64,000 nucleotides of DNA, from assembly GCF_036321535.1 (NCBI RefSeq), contig NC_087472.1, positions 98,086,001 to 98,150,000 on the forward strand, given 5' to 3'. Positions 1 through 12,073 of the stretch are shown piece after piece (the first letter of the stretch is position 1; each line of letters begins with the position of its first letter). This DNA comes from Camelus dromedarius. Taxonomy: Eukaryota. The position numbers and the translations under genes are program-made. The notes under the pieces were generated by a model. That model was not told the origin of the DNA. It saw only the letters and a list, made by a program, of their open reading frames with translations, and searched no databases.

Positions 1-329
1 TATACTTATTTATATTCTTGATGATCAATGTTGAGAATGCAACACTGCAGAAACTTTCAAAAACCATCGAGTATATATTACATGTATACCCACTGACATG
101 AGCTAGTGCCGCCTATAAATGAAAATTCACATAAATCTCTCACTCAAATTTCTGCAAATCTGCTTATTACTGAAACTCTGTATTTCAAGTTGGTAAGGAG
201 TCTCTCTCCTCCCCCATAAGGACAACAAAAGATCAATATATTGCTCATAGGTAGAAAAACTAATTAAGGCACTGATTTATAAATTATTCCAAACAGTTTG
301 TGACTAAATAGAAGTCAAACATTAAAGGA

Positions 330-1760
330 TATCTTCTTTGCCAGGAAGCAAAGACACTGTCAGGAACAAATGGAGTCATGTCAGAAGTCCCTAAAGGAAG
401 AGCCTCATGTTGGCCAAAATGGGACAATTTGTACTAAAAGAGAATAATGATTGCAATGAATCTAAACAAATCAACTATACAGAATTCCCTGAGTTGATCA
501 TGATACTAAAAAAAACAAACTGCTTTGGTAGCTTTGGAAGTACCAGGACACCAAGTCACTGTGAAAATTAATAAATTAAGACAAAGACACTTACACTGCC
601 TTTCAGCAGTTTGTATCAGTATAAACTGTATGTCAGCATAATCAAGTGGTAGATGAGAGAAAATCCTTTTTTATAGAAAAATTCCAGCTAATAAATGCAG
701 AAAGAATAATAGAACTGGAAAATCACCAGCTTCAATCCCTAATGAATTCATGTATCTATGCACTATATCAATAACCGCTTAAACGATTAAAACAGTGGTT
801 TTCAAACCTGGCTACATATCTGCATCTCCTGGGAAACTTTGAATACTGATGCCTGGGTCCCACTCCCAGAGAATCTGATGTCATTAGTCTGGGGTGTGGC
901 CTGAGCATTTGGATGTTTTAAGCTCCCCGGGGGTAATGTGAAGGCACAGTCAAAAAAAAAAAAAAAGACCACCGCCTGAGGGGAAAGGCTGATGTGGAAG
1001 TTAAAGAGGAAGGAGCAGTCCGACAACACCTGAACGCACTGATCAACCTATTCCGTGGAAGCCGGACAACACAGCATCCTGTGCCTCTTGGAGGTCACAC
1101 AGGGAGCGCACAGCACTGCCCATCAAGACTTCTCGCCAAAAGAAAACTGATGAATCTAATCAAACCTCTAGATTTAAGTACCAATTTACAGGAAAAGCGA
1201 GGGACAGAAGAACATGATAAAAACAACAACAGGATATTAATCGGCCAAATCAACAGTGCTGAAAATTCTACCAATGACACCATTTGTCCAACAAATAAAT
1301 TTCATGGATAAAAGGGGAGGGGAGCTCTTAAAAATTTTAAAGACTTAAAAGATGGACCTATTAACTGCAATATGTATACGTTGTTTAAATACAGATTTGA
1401 ACCATTTAAAAAACAAAAACATCTGTAATTTGAGATAATTACAGAAAATTGTACACAGACAAGATACTAATTAATGAGGTATTGTTGTTAATATTGTTGG
1501 GTGTGTTTAGGGTACTGCAGTTAGTTTTTCTAAATCCTCATCTGTTGAAGATACATAATGAAATGTTTATAGTAAAGTGATACCTGAGATGAGCTTTAGA
1601 ATTCTCAAGCACAAAAACAGATGGGGTGGGGAGAATATGAAGTCAAATAGCAAATACTGCTCACTGGTGAGGCTGGATGATGAGAACCTGGGGGTTTGTT
1701 ATGTACAGCTTTGCGCACATTTAAAATTTCCATTAACAAAATGTTTAAAAATATTGAACA
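330..1760 (+). mobile_element. Ancient L1 (L1MC/L1ME-type) 3' region, interrupted by a MER5-like MITE; boundaries approximate
   Basis: A-rich degenerate L1 3'UTR motifs (aattccagctaataaatgcagaa; atctaatcaaacctctaga; tttgagataatt). Shares these blocks with 52069-52905. Confidence 0.65.
793..977. mobile_element. MER5-like hAT/Charlie MITE
   Basis: Terminal cagtggttttcaaac; internal gggtcccactcccagagaatctga...ctggggtgtggcctgagcat. Confidence 0.75.
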
Positions 1761-2364
1761 GAGCCAAAGTTAATAAAAGTCCATTCTGTACCTCCACCTC
1801 AAAGAAACCAATGTAACTGGCATCAGCTTTTCTTTCCCGATTTTAGGAGACTTTCATGGAGCATTACATTCTTTGGTGAGGAAGAAATAAAAGGAAACTT
1901 AGGAAAAAATGAACATGTCATCTTACTGAGTATTTCATCTTTGCTAGTCACTATACATACATTATTTGTTTAAGTCTTCCCAAACACTCTGTGAATACAG
2001 TTCATTTATTCTCATTTCATGGGTGAGGAAACTGAGTCCCCAACCCCAATTGTGCATGTTGCCTATGTGTTTGGTGAAGCCGTGATTCTTACAAAGCTCT
2101 GCCCAGTGGCCAACAAAGGGAAGCCATGTTAGGTTCCGAGCATACAAGAATAAACCAGCCGGCCACAGTTCCTCCCCTTACAGGGGTCACTTCAATCCAG
2201 TAATCTATACTTTGAGGGGAGAGTTTTTCAGTTAAAAACACTCTGATGCTATTTTAAAAGTTCAGAGAAGACAGGTAAGATCTCACTATTAGAAATGCTA
2301 AAATGGTTTGTTATTCTCCTTCCAAGACCATACATGGGGAAGTGGACTAAAAAGGATGAGAGGA

Positions 2365-2712
2365 TGTATGTTACAATTTGGGTGAATCTAGAAGACATTA
2401 TGCTGAGCAAAAGAAGCCAGACACAAAAGGTCACATACTGTATGATTCTATTCATATGAAATATTTAGAAGAGGTGAATTCACAGACAGAAGGCAGATTA
2501 GTGGTAGCCTGGGACTGGTGGAAAGAAAGAATGAGGAGTGACCGACTGCTTAATGGGTATGAAGTTTCCTTTGAGGGTTATGACAATGATTTGGAACTAG
2601 ATAGAGGTGGTAGTTTCACAACACTGTGATGGTACCAAATGCCACTGAACTGTACATTTTAAAATGCTTAATTTTATGTTACCTGAATTTTTACCTCAAT
2701 AAAAAAGGAAAA
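2365..2712 (+). mobile_element. L1MB-type 3' end
   Basis: gaagacattatgctgag..aagaagccagacacaaaaggtcacatactgtatgattc ... tttacctcaataaaaaa. Confidence 0.85.
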
Positions 2713-3256
2713 ATGGATGAGCCGCTAGGGAAGGAAAGAACTATGAAACAGAAATGGTAAAGATCAGAAAGCTGTTTGGAAGACTCAACAGGATTTGAGT
2801 GCTTCCACTTGGTTGGGAAGGGAAATTGAGATTTCTGGTTTGGGAGTCCCGTGGAATGATGTAATCTCCACCAAGGATAACAAAGGACCTTAAAAAGAAT
2901 GGGAGCCCAATGAATGTTCAATTTCACCAAGCTCCCACTTTTTTAACAGAACAGTAAATTAGAAAATCAAGGAATACCCTAAATACAGTGTAACTGGATT
3001 CTATCAAGGCATTGCTAAATATCTCAAGATCTCTGCAGGCAAAATGGAGAAATCAGACAGTAGTTCCATGAAGTTGTTCAAAGTAGAACAACTGGACTAA
3101 AAAATCCACGGTTAATGAATTGATAGGCACCTAATAAAAGACCTGCCATTGAGTGGGTTTTCCATGAATCTGCTCAATAGATGAATCTGGAAGGAGTCTC
3201 CAGTGGATGAGCAAATAGGTAGGTTCCGGTTTCATTTTGTGAGCACACTTATTAGT

Positions 3257-3290
3257 AACCCAGAAAAAGAATCAACCCAGAAAAAGAATC
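3257..3290. repeat. 17-bp tandem duplication (aacccagaaaaagaatc x2)
   Basis: Read directly. Confidence 0.9.
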
Positions 3291-4224
3291 AAACCAAAAA
3301 GTGGATTTATCAAATTATGAACAAGGTGGAGACAATAGCTGATATACTGAATGACAGATGAGATTTTTAAAGGTCTTTTGAGATGTGATTCTATGGAATT
3401 AGTCCTAAATTTGGGAGGAAAGCATTATACACAAGATGTTTATCACAGTAGTATCAATAATAATACAACCTAGATACCCAACTATGGAGAAATGTTTAAG
3501 TAATCTGCATAACCACTGGAAGAATATGCAATAACTGAAAATTCTTTTATAAAGACTATGTAGTAATAAGAGAAATATTTAAAATATAAAAAAGAAAAAA
3601 CAAAGGAATCAAATTTATATATACAGCATTGTCCAAGTTTACACATAGGGAAAAAATAAAGTAAAACATCAAAATGTTAGCAGTGGTTATGCTTGGGTGC
3701 TAGGACTAGCAATGATTTTTTTTCTTTCTACTTTATCCTTTACCCTCCAGATTTTCTGTAACGAGCAAAGATTTTTGTAGTAAAAATATTAAAACATATA
3801 GAAGATGCAGAAACATACTTTTTAAAAATAAGAGCCATGACCAAAGCTAAATAGATTTTTAATAAGAATAAATGTGAAATCCTGGGATGAGGGTTTAAAC
3901 AAAATGCCAAGTTTACGACTGGAGCAACAGGGCTTAACAACAGTTCCTGTGAGATTAAAAAAAAGATGTAGAAATTAACTGACTGTAAATTCGTTACGAG
4001 CCAACAGTGACACGGCTGAGGGGAAAAGATAGCCATGATATAAACTTCGGATTTCTAATATAATTTGTATGCAAAACAAAGGCAGTAATCATATTCCCAT
4101 TGTGCTGTGTGAGTTGGACTATATCTAGAATATTGTGTTCAGCTCTGAACTTGAGCTTTAAAAAAAGATGTTGAAAATCTGGAGAGCAGCCAGCAGGATG
4201 AGGCATCAGAACCACAGCAGAGAA

Positions 4225-4410
4225 CAGTGATTCCCACACTTTGGCTGCATCAGAATCACCCAGAGGGTTTATTAAAACACAGATTCTTGGGTACCCTCCT
4301 AGAGTTTCTGATTCTATAGCTCTGGAGTGGGGCCAGGAATCTGCATTTCTAGCTAATTCCTAGGTGATGCCAATGTGGCTGGTCTGAGGACCACACTTAC
4401 AGACTGACTT
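4225..4410. mobile_element. MER5A-like MITE
   Basis: ttggctgcatcagaatcacccagagggtttattaaaacacagattcttggg...ggaatctgcatttctagc...ctgaggaccacactt. Confidence 0.8.
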
Positions 4411-4414
4411 GCAC

Positions 4415-4640
4415 TATGGATAAAAGTACAGATTCTGAAACCAGACTGCCAGGGACTGAGTCCCAGCTCTTCTACCTACTGGCTGTGTGACCTTGAGCAA
4501 GCTTGCTTGCCCTCTCTGTGCTTCAGTTTTCTCATCTGTGAAATGAAATCATTTGACTGACCTCTGAAAGATATGGCATTGAGGTAGTTAATATTTCTAA
4601 GGCATTAGAACATCTAGCCTGGCATATAATGTTTGTTAAT
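4415..4640 (+). mobile_element. MIR SINE
   Basis: MIR core: gtcccagctct..ctggctgtgtgaccttgagcaag..ctctctgtgcttcagttttctcatctgtgaaatg. Confidence 0.85.
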
Positions 4641-5014
4641 TTAATGAGGAACACTGGAGACATTTCATCTGAAATAGAAAAACATTTAAACATCTTCATC
4701 TACTGGAAAGGCTTTTCTGTGAAAGATATATTCCTCACAGTTCCTGGGGACAGACACGGAGTCAGGGGGTGGAATTGACCAAGATGGAGCCTTTGGATCT
4801 GTATCAAGAGGGCTTTGTAGCTCCTGGAGCAACAATGGAGTGGGTGGCCTGGTGGGGTTCTGAGTGTCTCAGGACTCACTCAGGGCACTCCCCAGGAGAG
4901 ATGGTGAATGGGGCTTCCTGTAAGGAGCAAGACAAAGTAGTCACTTAATAAACATTACCTAGTTCTAGCAATACAGCCTTGGCGTAAGGGAACTTTCATC
5001 TGAAATCACCCGGA

Positions 5015-5190
5015 GCTCTCCAAGCGCTGGCCTCAGACCAATAGCATCACCAAGAACTTGTCAGATACGCAAATTCCCAGGCCCCACTTCAGAGCTACTG
5101 ACTCAGAAACTCCGGGGGTAAGGCCTGGCAATCTCTGTTTTAACAAGCCCTCCAGATGGTGCCAGTGCACCTCAAGTGTGAGAACCAGTG
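5015..5190. mobile_element. MER5A-like MITE
   Basis: agcatcaccaagaacttgtcagatacgcaaattcccaggcccc...tgttttaacaagccctcc...agtgtgagaaccagtg. Confidence 0.8.
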
Positions 5191-5510
5191 ACCTGTAATA
5201 TTGCCCAAAACAGTATTTCCATGAGGCTCTACCTAGAACACTGAAACTTGATTAAGGTAAACTCACTCCAATAAGGTATCAGGTATAATAACATGCCTTT
5301 GATAAGTATACACAGCAAACTCCTCCTTATACCAAATATTTGCTTTCGTGTTTAAAATGTATATCACAAAGATAATACTGAATTTGTTCAAAACAAGAAA
5401 ATCCAAAATCCACAGAGAAAAGCAATGTACCCCCCCCCATCACCCTCTCAGCAGGCACTGCTCACTATGCAGTACCCTGCAGGGAGTGGGGGGGGGGGAT
5501 GCGGTACCGA

Positions 5511-5554
5511 GAAGGACAGGGTTCCGACACGAAGGACAGGGTTCCGACACGAAG
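5511..5554. repeat. Perfect 20-bp tandem duplication (gaaggacagggttccgacac x2.2)
   Basis: Read directly at 5511-5530, 5531-5550, plus gaag. Confidence 0.95.
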
Positions 5555-5749
5555 CACCAAAGCACCTGAGGGGTGAGAAGAACCTCAGAGACTGGAGTCT
5601 TATGTCACCTACCTTCCCAACACAGAGGAAAACACAATGACCCGGACACACGGAATCTCACTTCCCATCTCCCTCCCCTCCTGCACAGGACAGGGCTGGA
5701 AGAAACAGCTGAGCACACTTGGAAAGCCTTTCTCATGCTCCAGGCACTC

Positions 5750-5940
5750 TTATAAAGACTTTTGGTGTATTAACTCCTTGTAACAAATCTCTTAGGTAGG
5801 TACTAATCTTGTCATTTTACAGATGTGAAAACTGAGGGTCAGAAAGGCTAAGTAATTTCCAAAATGTAATACAGCTAATAAACGGGCAGTCATAGACTCT
5901 GAGTCTAGGCAGTCTTTCTCCAGGGTCTGGAAGCTTCTTT
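5750..5940 (-). mobile_element. MIR SINE
   Basis: cattttacagatgtgaaaactgaggg..aggctaagtaatttcc (reverse MIR core). Confidence 0.75.
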
Positions 5941-6799
5941 ACTGTTTGGGTCAGGAAGGGAGGGGAGACACAAGTGTGAAGGCCACTACTCCAGCCTGTA
6001 TGTATGTGTGAGAGAGACAGAGAGACATGGCAGGCCAGTGCCAGCCAGCCCAAAATGGCAGCAAGTGTGAACCAGAAATCCAGAGGGAGTGGGGCGAGCC
6101 CAAAGATGGTTTACATGCTGTTTTGTCATTCCCTGTGCCCATGGGTGAGCACTAGAGAGGATGCAGGAACTGGGGTGACTGCATTCTCAAACAGTGACGC
6201 CAACAGGCTTGAATCTGTCACAGGCAAGGGCATGAGACAGTTTGACAGAAGCCCTTCCCTTCCTTTCTTCTACAAAGCAATTTAAAAGGAATATGTGAGA
6301 CGAAGCAGGAGTGAAGGTACCCAGGGAAAGTGACAGCTCGATGCAGAGTTGTTGGGATTACTAAGTAAGGAAGAGCCAGAAGCAGCCATGCCCACAGGCT
6401 GCATGGACAAGGGCAGTGACAAGGAAGAGAGAGGAGGCAGAAGGGGCACTCCCCAAGTCAGCTGTCCCCACACGGGGTGTGTGTGCTCCTTAGAGGCTTC
6501 CTCTAGACCCCCGTGACTACTTTGTGTCTCCACTGCATTAATTAACACTTCTCCCCATCTTCTTGGCATCCGTGTCACTGCTGTGCTCTCTGAGGAGTGT
6601 GAAAACCCCTGCAGAGAAAGGACTACAACTATCATCTCTGAACCTGCAGCTCCTAGTCCGGCACCTGGCATGCTGTAGGTTCTGGAAATGTTTGTGGAAC
6701 TGAATTTGCTGAAATAGTGCTAGCATCCAGATGCAGTGAAATGTGTTGTCACCTTAAGGTGAGGAAGGATGGGAAAAGCGCACACCCCAAAGGCTGCAT

Positions 6800-7205
6800 C
6801 CTAGTTAGGGAGCCCCCGGGGGTAGATCTTGGAACAAGGATTCAAGAGCAAGCAGTTCACTTAGGACAGGAAAGAAACACCAAACACCAATAGGGGACTG
6901 GGAATTGAGTGGAGAAAGACAGGTAGTCAACAAAGGGTATGTGATAAAGCCAACTGTCCATGTAAGTGGCTGGAGTTTACCCCACTGAGGACACCCCGGG
7001 AGCCTGTGGAGAAACACACTCAAGGGAGGAGGGGGCTGGGGCACATACACAGCAACTCCCATCAATCACTGGGTTGTACTCATTCCGCAGACCTTTGTGC
7101 CCTCTGTGTGGGCAGCGTAGTGGGCTCCAGTGGGAAGAGAAAGCTCTTGCGGAAAACACAGGTGCTGGCAGCTGAAGTCAGACAGGTGTGCAGTGAAATG
7201 GCAAT
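6800..7205. mobile_element. Old ERVL/MaLR-type LTR (LTR33-like, family uncertain)
   Basis: ttggaacaaggattcaagagcaagcagttcacttagga ... gggaagagaaagctct resemble recalled LTR33-type motifs. Confidence 0.4.
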
Positions 7206-7424
7206 GGCAAGGAAGTGGGTCCCCCACCCACACACCCCCAGCAGATCTGGGGTGGTCCTGAAAAATCTTCTCTAAGAAGTCCCCAGGTGAGGCTGCTGCT
7301 GCTGCTGGTCTAGAAGCACACCCTGAAAACTACTGGGCTCGGATGTGGGCAGGACACCAACGTGGTTGGTACAGACTAGATACCAGGGCAAATCCAATGC
7401 CTATGGCTGGGTGGAGCATAAAGA

Positions 7425-7991
7425 TAAAGGAAACTGGAATGACACCCCAAAATACACCTCTTTGATATAAAAATTATTTTGAGCTAAAGGCAATTGAGAA
7501 GAGGCAGATCCAAAAAAAAGCTCCTGCCCTCCTCCAACTTTCCTAAAAGCAGGACATAAATTTTCAAAGTTGTCCTTCCTCTGCTCTCTACCAGGAAGGA
7601 CAAAAATGGAGTCACTGAGACAACTGTAAACCCTACAGGCCTGGAGACACTCACAGAGGAACCTACATAATGAACTCTGCTAATGAGCCTGCATCTACCA
7701 TTAGTTTCCCACATACTTACATCCCCACCATCTGCCACCCTTGGAAGTCTAAAACCACTCTCCCTTTGCCTTGCCACTTCTCTACAAACTTATTGTTCTC
7801 TGTTGAAGATGGCATATAAGCCAGAGTTCTAAGCCACTTCTCTCAGTTACTCATTTCTCTGTGTTTCTCTCACATATGCATGAGATATGCATGTTAATGA
7901 ACTTCTGATTTTCTTTTATTAATCTACCTTTTGTTACATGGACTCCAGTCAAAAACTTAGAAGGACAGAAGGTTTTATTTCCTCTCCAACA
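7425..7991 (+). mobile_element. MER34-group ERV1 solo LTR
   Basis: caccccaaaatacacctctttg..attattttgagct near the start; ...ttcctctccaaca at the end; flanks aaga/gaga; similar to 13879, 15487, 20321 and 30475. Confidence 0.8.
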
Positions 7992-10216
7992 GAGACAAAG
8001 CCAAAGAGGTGAGCTAAACTTCTGTTTGGCCCTCTGAAGGAAAACTCTTCCCCACCTCACCTAAAGCCTGTGCCTGGGAGTCATATGCCAGTGGAGTTGG
8101 GACCATTAGGCTGACTTCCTAGGAACTCTCTGTATCTGCTGTGGCCAAGGTTAAGGCCACTCACAGCATCCTGAGGATGCTGCCTCCTTTAGAGTTCCAT
8201 CAGGGTATTTTCCTCTGGGGCAACAAAGGTCCCAGGGGCAGAGAGCACAAATACTTTAGAAAAAAATCCACCTTTTGGCTACAGAATCCAATCCAGCTGG
8301 GGACCAGCCGAGTTCAGGAAGCTGCTCCTCCGGATCTGACACAGCTCACCAGCACAAGCCCAGCTCCTGCCACAGGGCAGCCAAAGGCATTGCTGCATCC
8401 CTTCCTGCCAGGCCTCAGAATCATTACTAGTGTAGTGACCTTGAGATCCTTCTCCTCTGTTCTGGAAAAGGCAAATCTTCCAGAAGACATTCCCCGAAAA
8501 TAATCTGTATCATCTGACACTCATTCAATAACCATGATAACCAGAAAAAATAACAGGCCTCCTGTCCTTTGCTGTTTGTTTACAATAAAAGCACATACTT
8601 GTAGGGAACACAGAATTCTAAACAAAAATTGGTGCTTATTTGACCATACTAAATTTCCAGTCGAAATCTATACTGTTGGTTTCACAACACAAAACCACTC
8701 ATGACTTCCTGAGAAATGAGAGGGGAAAGACAGGGAGACAGAGATAACAAATTTATACTTTATTCACGGGAGCAGAGACATCCTTGTTTATCTTTTACAG
8801 TGATCCCCCTTAGCAAAGAGCACGACAAAGCCACATCTCCACACTTCCATTCTGAGACCAGAGTAACCACCACAAAAGCCGAAGTGTTAGGACTTAGCCC
8901 ACTTCAGGTATCTGGACCCTCTCCCCAGCCAGGAAGCAGGTCACTAGGAAATGCTGAGGTCAACACCCCTTAGAAGACACTGTAATTAACTGCAGTCCAG
9001 AGCCTGACGGTGAGGGAAAGGAAAGCTTCTCCCCCCCACAAATCGGAACATTTTTCCAGCTTTCCCAATGGGTTGCCAAGTGACTCAGCACTGGCCCGGT
9101 GTGGGCACTATTATTGATGAGAAATCTTCCGCCTGGGTGATATACTGCATACAACACATGCCCAAAGAACAGTGCCAAGTCATACCAGGAAGAGCAGGCG
9201 AATTATTCACCTCCACTTCGGATGCAGGCAAATCCTGTCTTAATGCAGGGGCTACTCAGCATCAGAAAGACAAAGCCTTCAGATTGTCAGAGATTTCCAC
9301 CTAAGATTCAAGGAATTAATAGGCAGAACCTCTCCTTTTTTGTTGACTATTAAAAGGCAATCAAATAGAGAACAGCACAGAAAAAGGGTAAGAAAAAAAT
9401 AATTTTTCAAAAACAACCCCATAGCAGAAAGCTGCATAACAGCCTTAAGCACCTTCAGTGTTGTCTTTATGAGTGCTACGAGCTCCACCCAGAGGTCATT
9501 TCCAGATCTGCATGTTCATTTAATTTGGAAAAAGAAAATCTGCATCTTCTGGGGTCCAGAGCACAACCAGCCTTGGAGAACTGCTGGAAATTCTTGGACA
9601 ACATTCCCTCTTTCTTGCCTTTCACTGAAAGAACTGCTCTGAACTCTGAAATGCAAGATATACTCAGGGAACCTGGTGAAATCCAGCAGGACAACCACCT
9701 CTCATATTTGCACCTGTCGAGGAACTAGTTTGAGTTCCTGGCAGGTTGAACTCAGCTCAAAGACAGCAGAGTGTTCAAAGAGTACTTTTAGAAGAAAAAG
9801 CAAGGGCTCTCACTGAAATAAAATCTAAGACTGGAGAGAAACTCAGAGGGCAAATGAGAATGTGCCTAGTATTAGAAGGACAGAACAATCCTCCTTCAAG
9901 GACGCATGGCCACTTCCCTAGAAGGCCACATTTTAAGGCACCCATTCCCTTACGCAATGCAGAAGATCGCCCACTAAAGCAATCACCAGCCATACTCTCC
10001 AAAGAACTGATTGCAGTCCCCAGAACATTCCCCTTGTATCCATCCATTCATAACATGCTCACGGTCCTCACCACCCCACCCCCACATCAGTGGGCCCCAG
10101 TCAACAAGGCATCAGGCTCAGATCAAGCTCCCAGTGTGTTAGGCTCTCAACTGCCCAGTGCAAGACATGCTCTGTTCCAGATATCACAAGCTACCCCAAC
10201 AAAGAAATGAAGCCTT

Positions 10217-10246
10217 CAAAAAACAAAAACAAAAACAAAAACAAAA
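10217..10246. repeat. (CAAAAA)n microsatellite
   Basis: caaaaaacaaaaacaaaaacaaaaacaaaa. Confidence 0.9.
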
Positions 10247-10604
10247 CCCCAATAATATGTTGGTGCAGAAAGTTTCATCTACCATCTGCAAAACTTCTCA
10301 TCACAGTTCGTGTGCCCCTGCCTTCATCAGCTTGTGCCTTACATGACTTAAGACAGCTTTGACAGATTCTCAAGGAGGGAAAAAAATCAAACATACCCTT
10401 TGTCTTCCTCCAACACCCCCACCTCCCTACCACCCAAGTTCTTTCTTCACTATAAACACTGAACGGCCTTTTCGTGTCTATTGACAAAAATATCTATGAC
10501 AATGTTTATCCACCTCGGGAGTATTAAAGCTCCAGAAAATATTTGTGCTAAACCTCTGCACATTCTTATTTCAACAAGACTAAGCATTCCCAGAATGTTA
10601 CCCT

Positions 10605-10915
10605 CTTTTTTTTTTAATAGACTTTATTATTTAGAGTAGTTTTAGGTTCACAGCAAAGCTGAACAGAAAGTACAGTTCCTATATACCTCTGCTCCCACAC
10701 ATGCCAGCCTCCCCCATTATCAACATCCTCCCCCCGCCCAGAGTGGGACACTGGTTACAATCAAAGAAACTGCACTGACACATCATCACTATCCAGCGTC
10801 CATAGTTTACATCAGGGCTCACTCTTGGTGCTGCACATTCTATAGGTTTGGACAAATGTATAACGACATGTATCCACTATCATACAGAGAAGCCTCCCTG
10901 CTCTAAAACTCCTCT
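10605..10915 (-). mobile_element. L1MC-type 3'UTR fragment
   Basis: ttttaatagactttatt..ttttaggttcacagcaaa..acatcatcactatcca..ttggacaaatgtataa. Confidence 0.8.
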
Positions 10916-10984
10916 CCTTCTTCATTTCTTGACTATAACGCAAAAATTTCTGTGCTCAGCATGACTCAGTATGGTGGCTCTAAG

Positions 10985-11170
10985 CAGTGTTCCCAAGGCC
11001 TGTGTAGCGGTAAGAATCACTAAGGAGACTGGTTAAAATCACAGATGTTCAGACTGCACCCTCAATCCACTAAATCAGACCTTGCTAGGGAGGGGCCCAG
11101 AAAGCTATAGATCATCCAGGCACCCCAGGTGATTGCTATCATGAGAAAAAGTTTCAAAAATACCTCTCTA
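10985..11170. mobile_element. MER5B-like MITE
   Basis: cagtgttcccaagg..agaatcactaaggagactggttaaaatcacagatg..gggcccagaaa..ccccaggtgatt. Confidence 0.65.
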
Positions 11171-11971
11171 AAGAAGAAATACTCCGAAGTTCAGTCTCCC
11201 AGCGGCAGAGCAGCATCCGTTAAGAATACAGGAGGTGTTTCCTACCCAAGTGAGCTCCAGCTCCATCAGAATACCTAGGCTTCAAGATGGGTCCCACTCT
11301 ATTTTTAAACAGCAAGGCTCCTGATACTTTTCTTACTTTCTTCCCTTATCCTGTTGCAGAGCACCAGAAAGTTTTACAGGGCCTAGTAAGTGTCCATTTC
11401 TATTAGGAAATATTTTTGGATTCCTACACAATGGTCTACTATTGGTCTACAGTTTAAAAGCATGCCGTTTGGATCATTTGTGCAAAGTGATGGTTTAGAA
11501 AGTAGATCTGCTTGGTTACAGGAAAGGATTTGCCCGAGGACATCAGCACACATCATGCAAGGAGCAGAAGGACACACAGCCAATATGGGTTTTTCTTCTG
11601 TGTGCCTTGAGGGCTCCTCTGCCAGCTGCTCCCCCTGGCTCCCCACCGCTCTGCATTCTGCCACAGCCAATGAAGGTTTACGGCAAAATTCGCTGGGCCA
11701 CAAGCCATGTGGCTCTTACAGACGGCAATTAGGAGAGAAGGAAAGGCTCAATTACAAGGTGTTTGAAAATACAGTTTGAAAAAGTCAGATCTTGTTTTCT
11801 TTTACCTCCTGGTAATAAAATCTATGTATTCATCTCAAAACAGACACGGAACTCTGGGGTCATTCAGAGTCAACAGCTCAGTCAATATAAAAATCCACTA
11901 CATGGTCAATGTGGAACATGAAAACCCATTATGTCAGAAGTCATACTATTTTCATCAAAAGGAATCCTTAC

Positions 11972-12073
11972 CTTTTCTTTGGCTTTCCATTTTGTCCCTG
12001 CATCCATCCACTCATTTTCTTTCTCCAGCATGTCAACAAAGGCCCATCGAACACCCTCAATCAATTCCTCCAT
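11972..12073 (-). CDS. PHEX: PHEX exon 12 (102 nt): [34 protein letters not shown]
   Basis: Acceptor ...tccttgtAG|ATGGAG and donor GAAAAG|GTaagg; M13-family WMDxxTKxxAxEK motif. Confidence 0.97.

Larger units (their letters stand above)
2850..4930 (+). mobile_element. L3/CR1 LINE remnant split by younger inserts (L1ME-like ~3420-3790, MER5A ~4225-4410, MIR ~4415-4640)
   Basis: CR1-like motifs: aataaatgtgaaatcctggg; gagccaacagtgacac; ctagaatattgtgttcagctctg. Confidence 0.55.

Noticed and set aside
1..11971. PHEX exon 13 (ARAVLAKVGYP...)
   Set aside because: Looked for by eye on the minus strand and not found; it presumably lies beyond the left edge.
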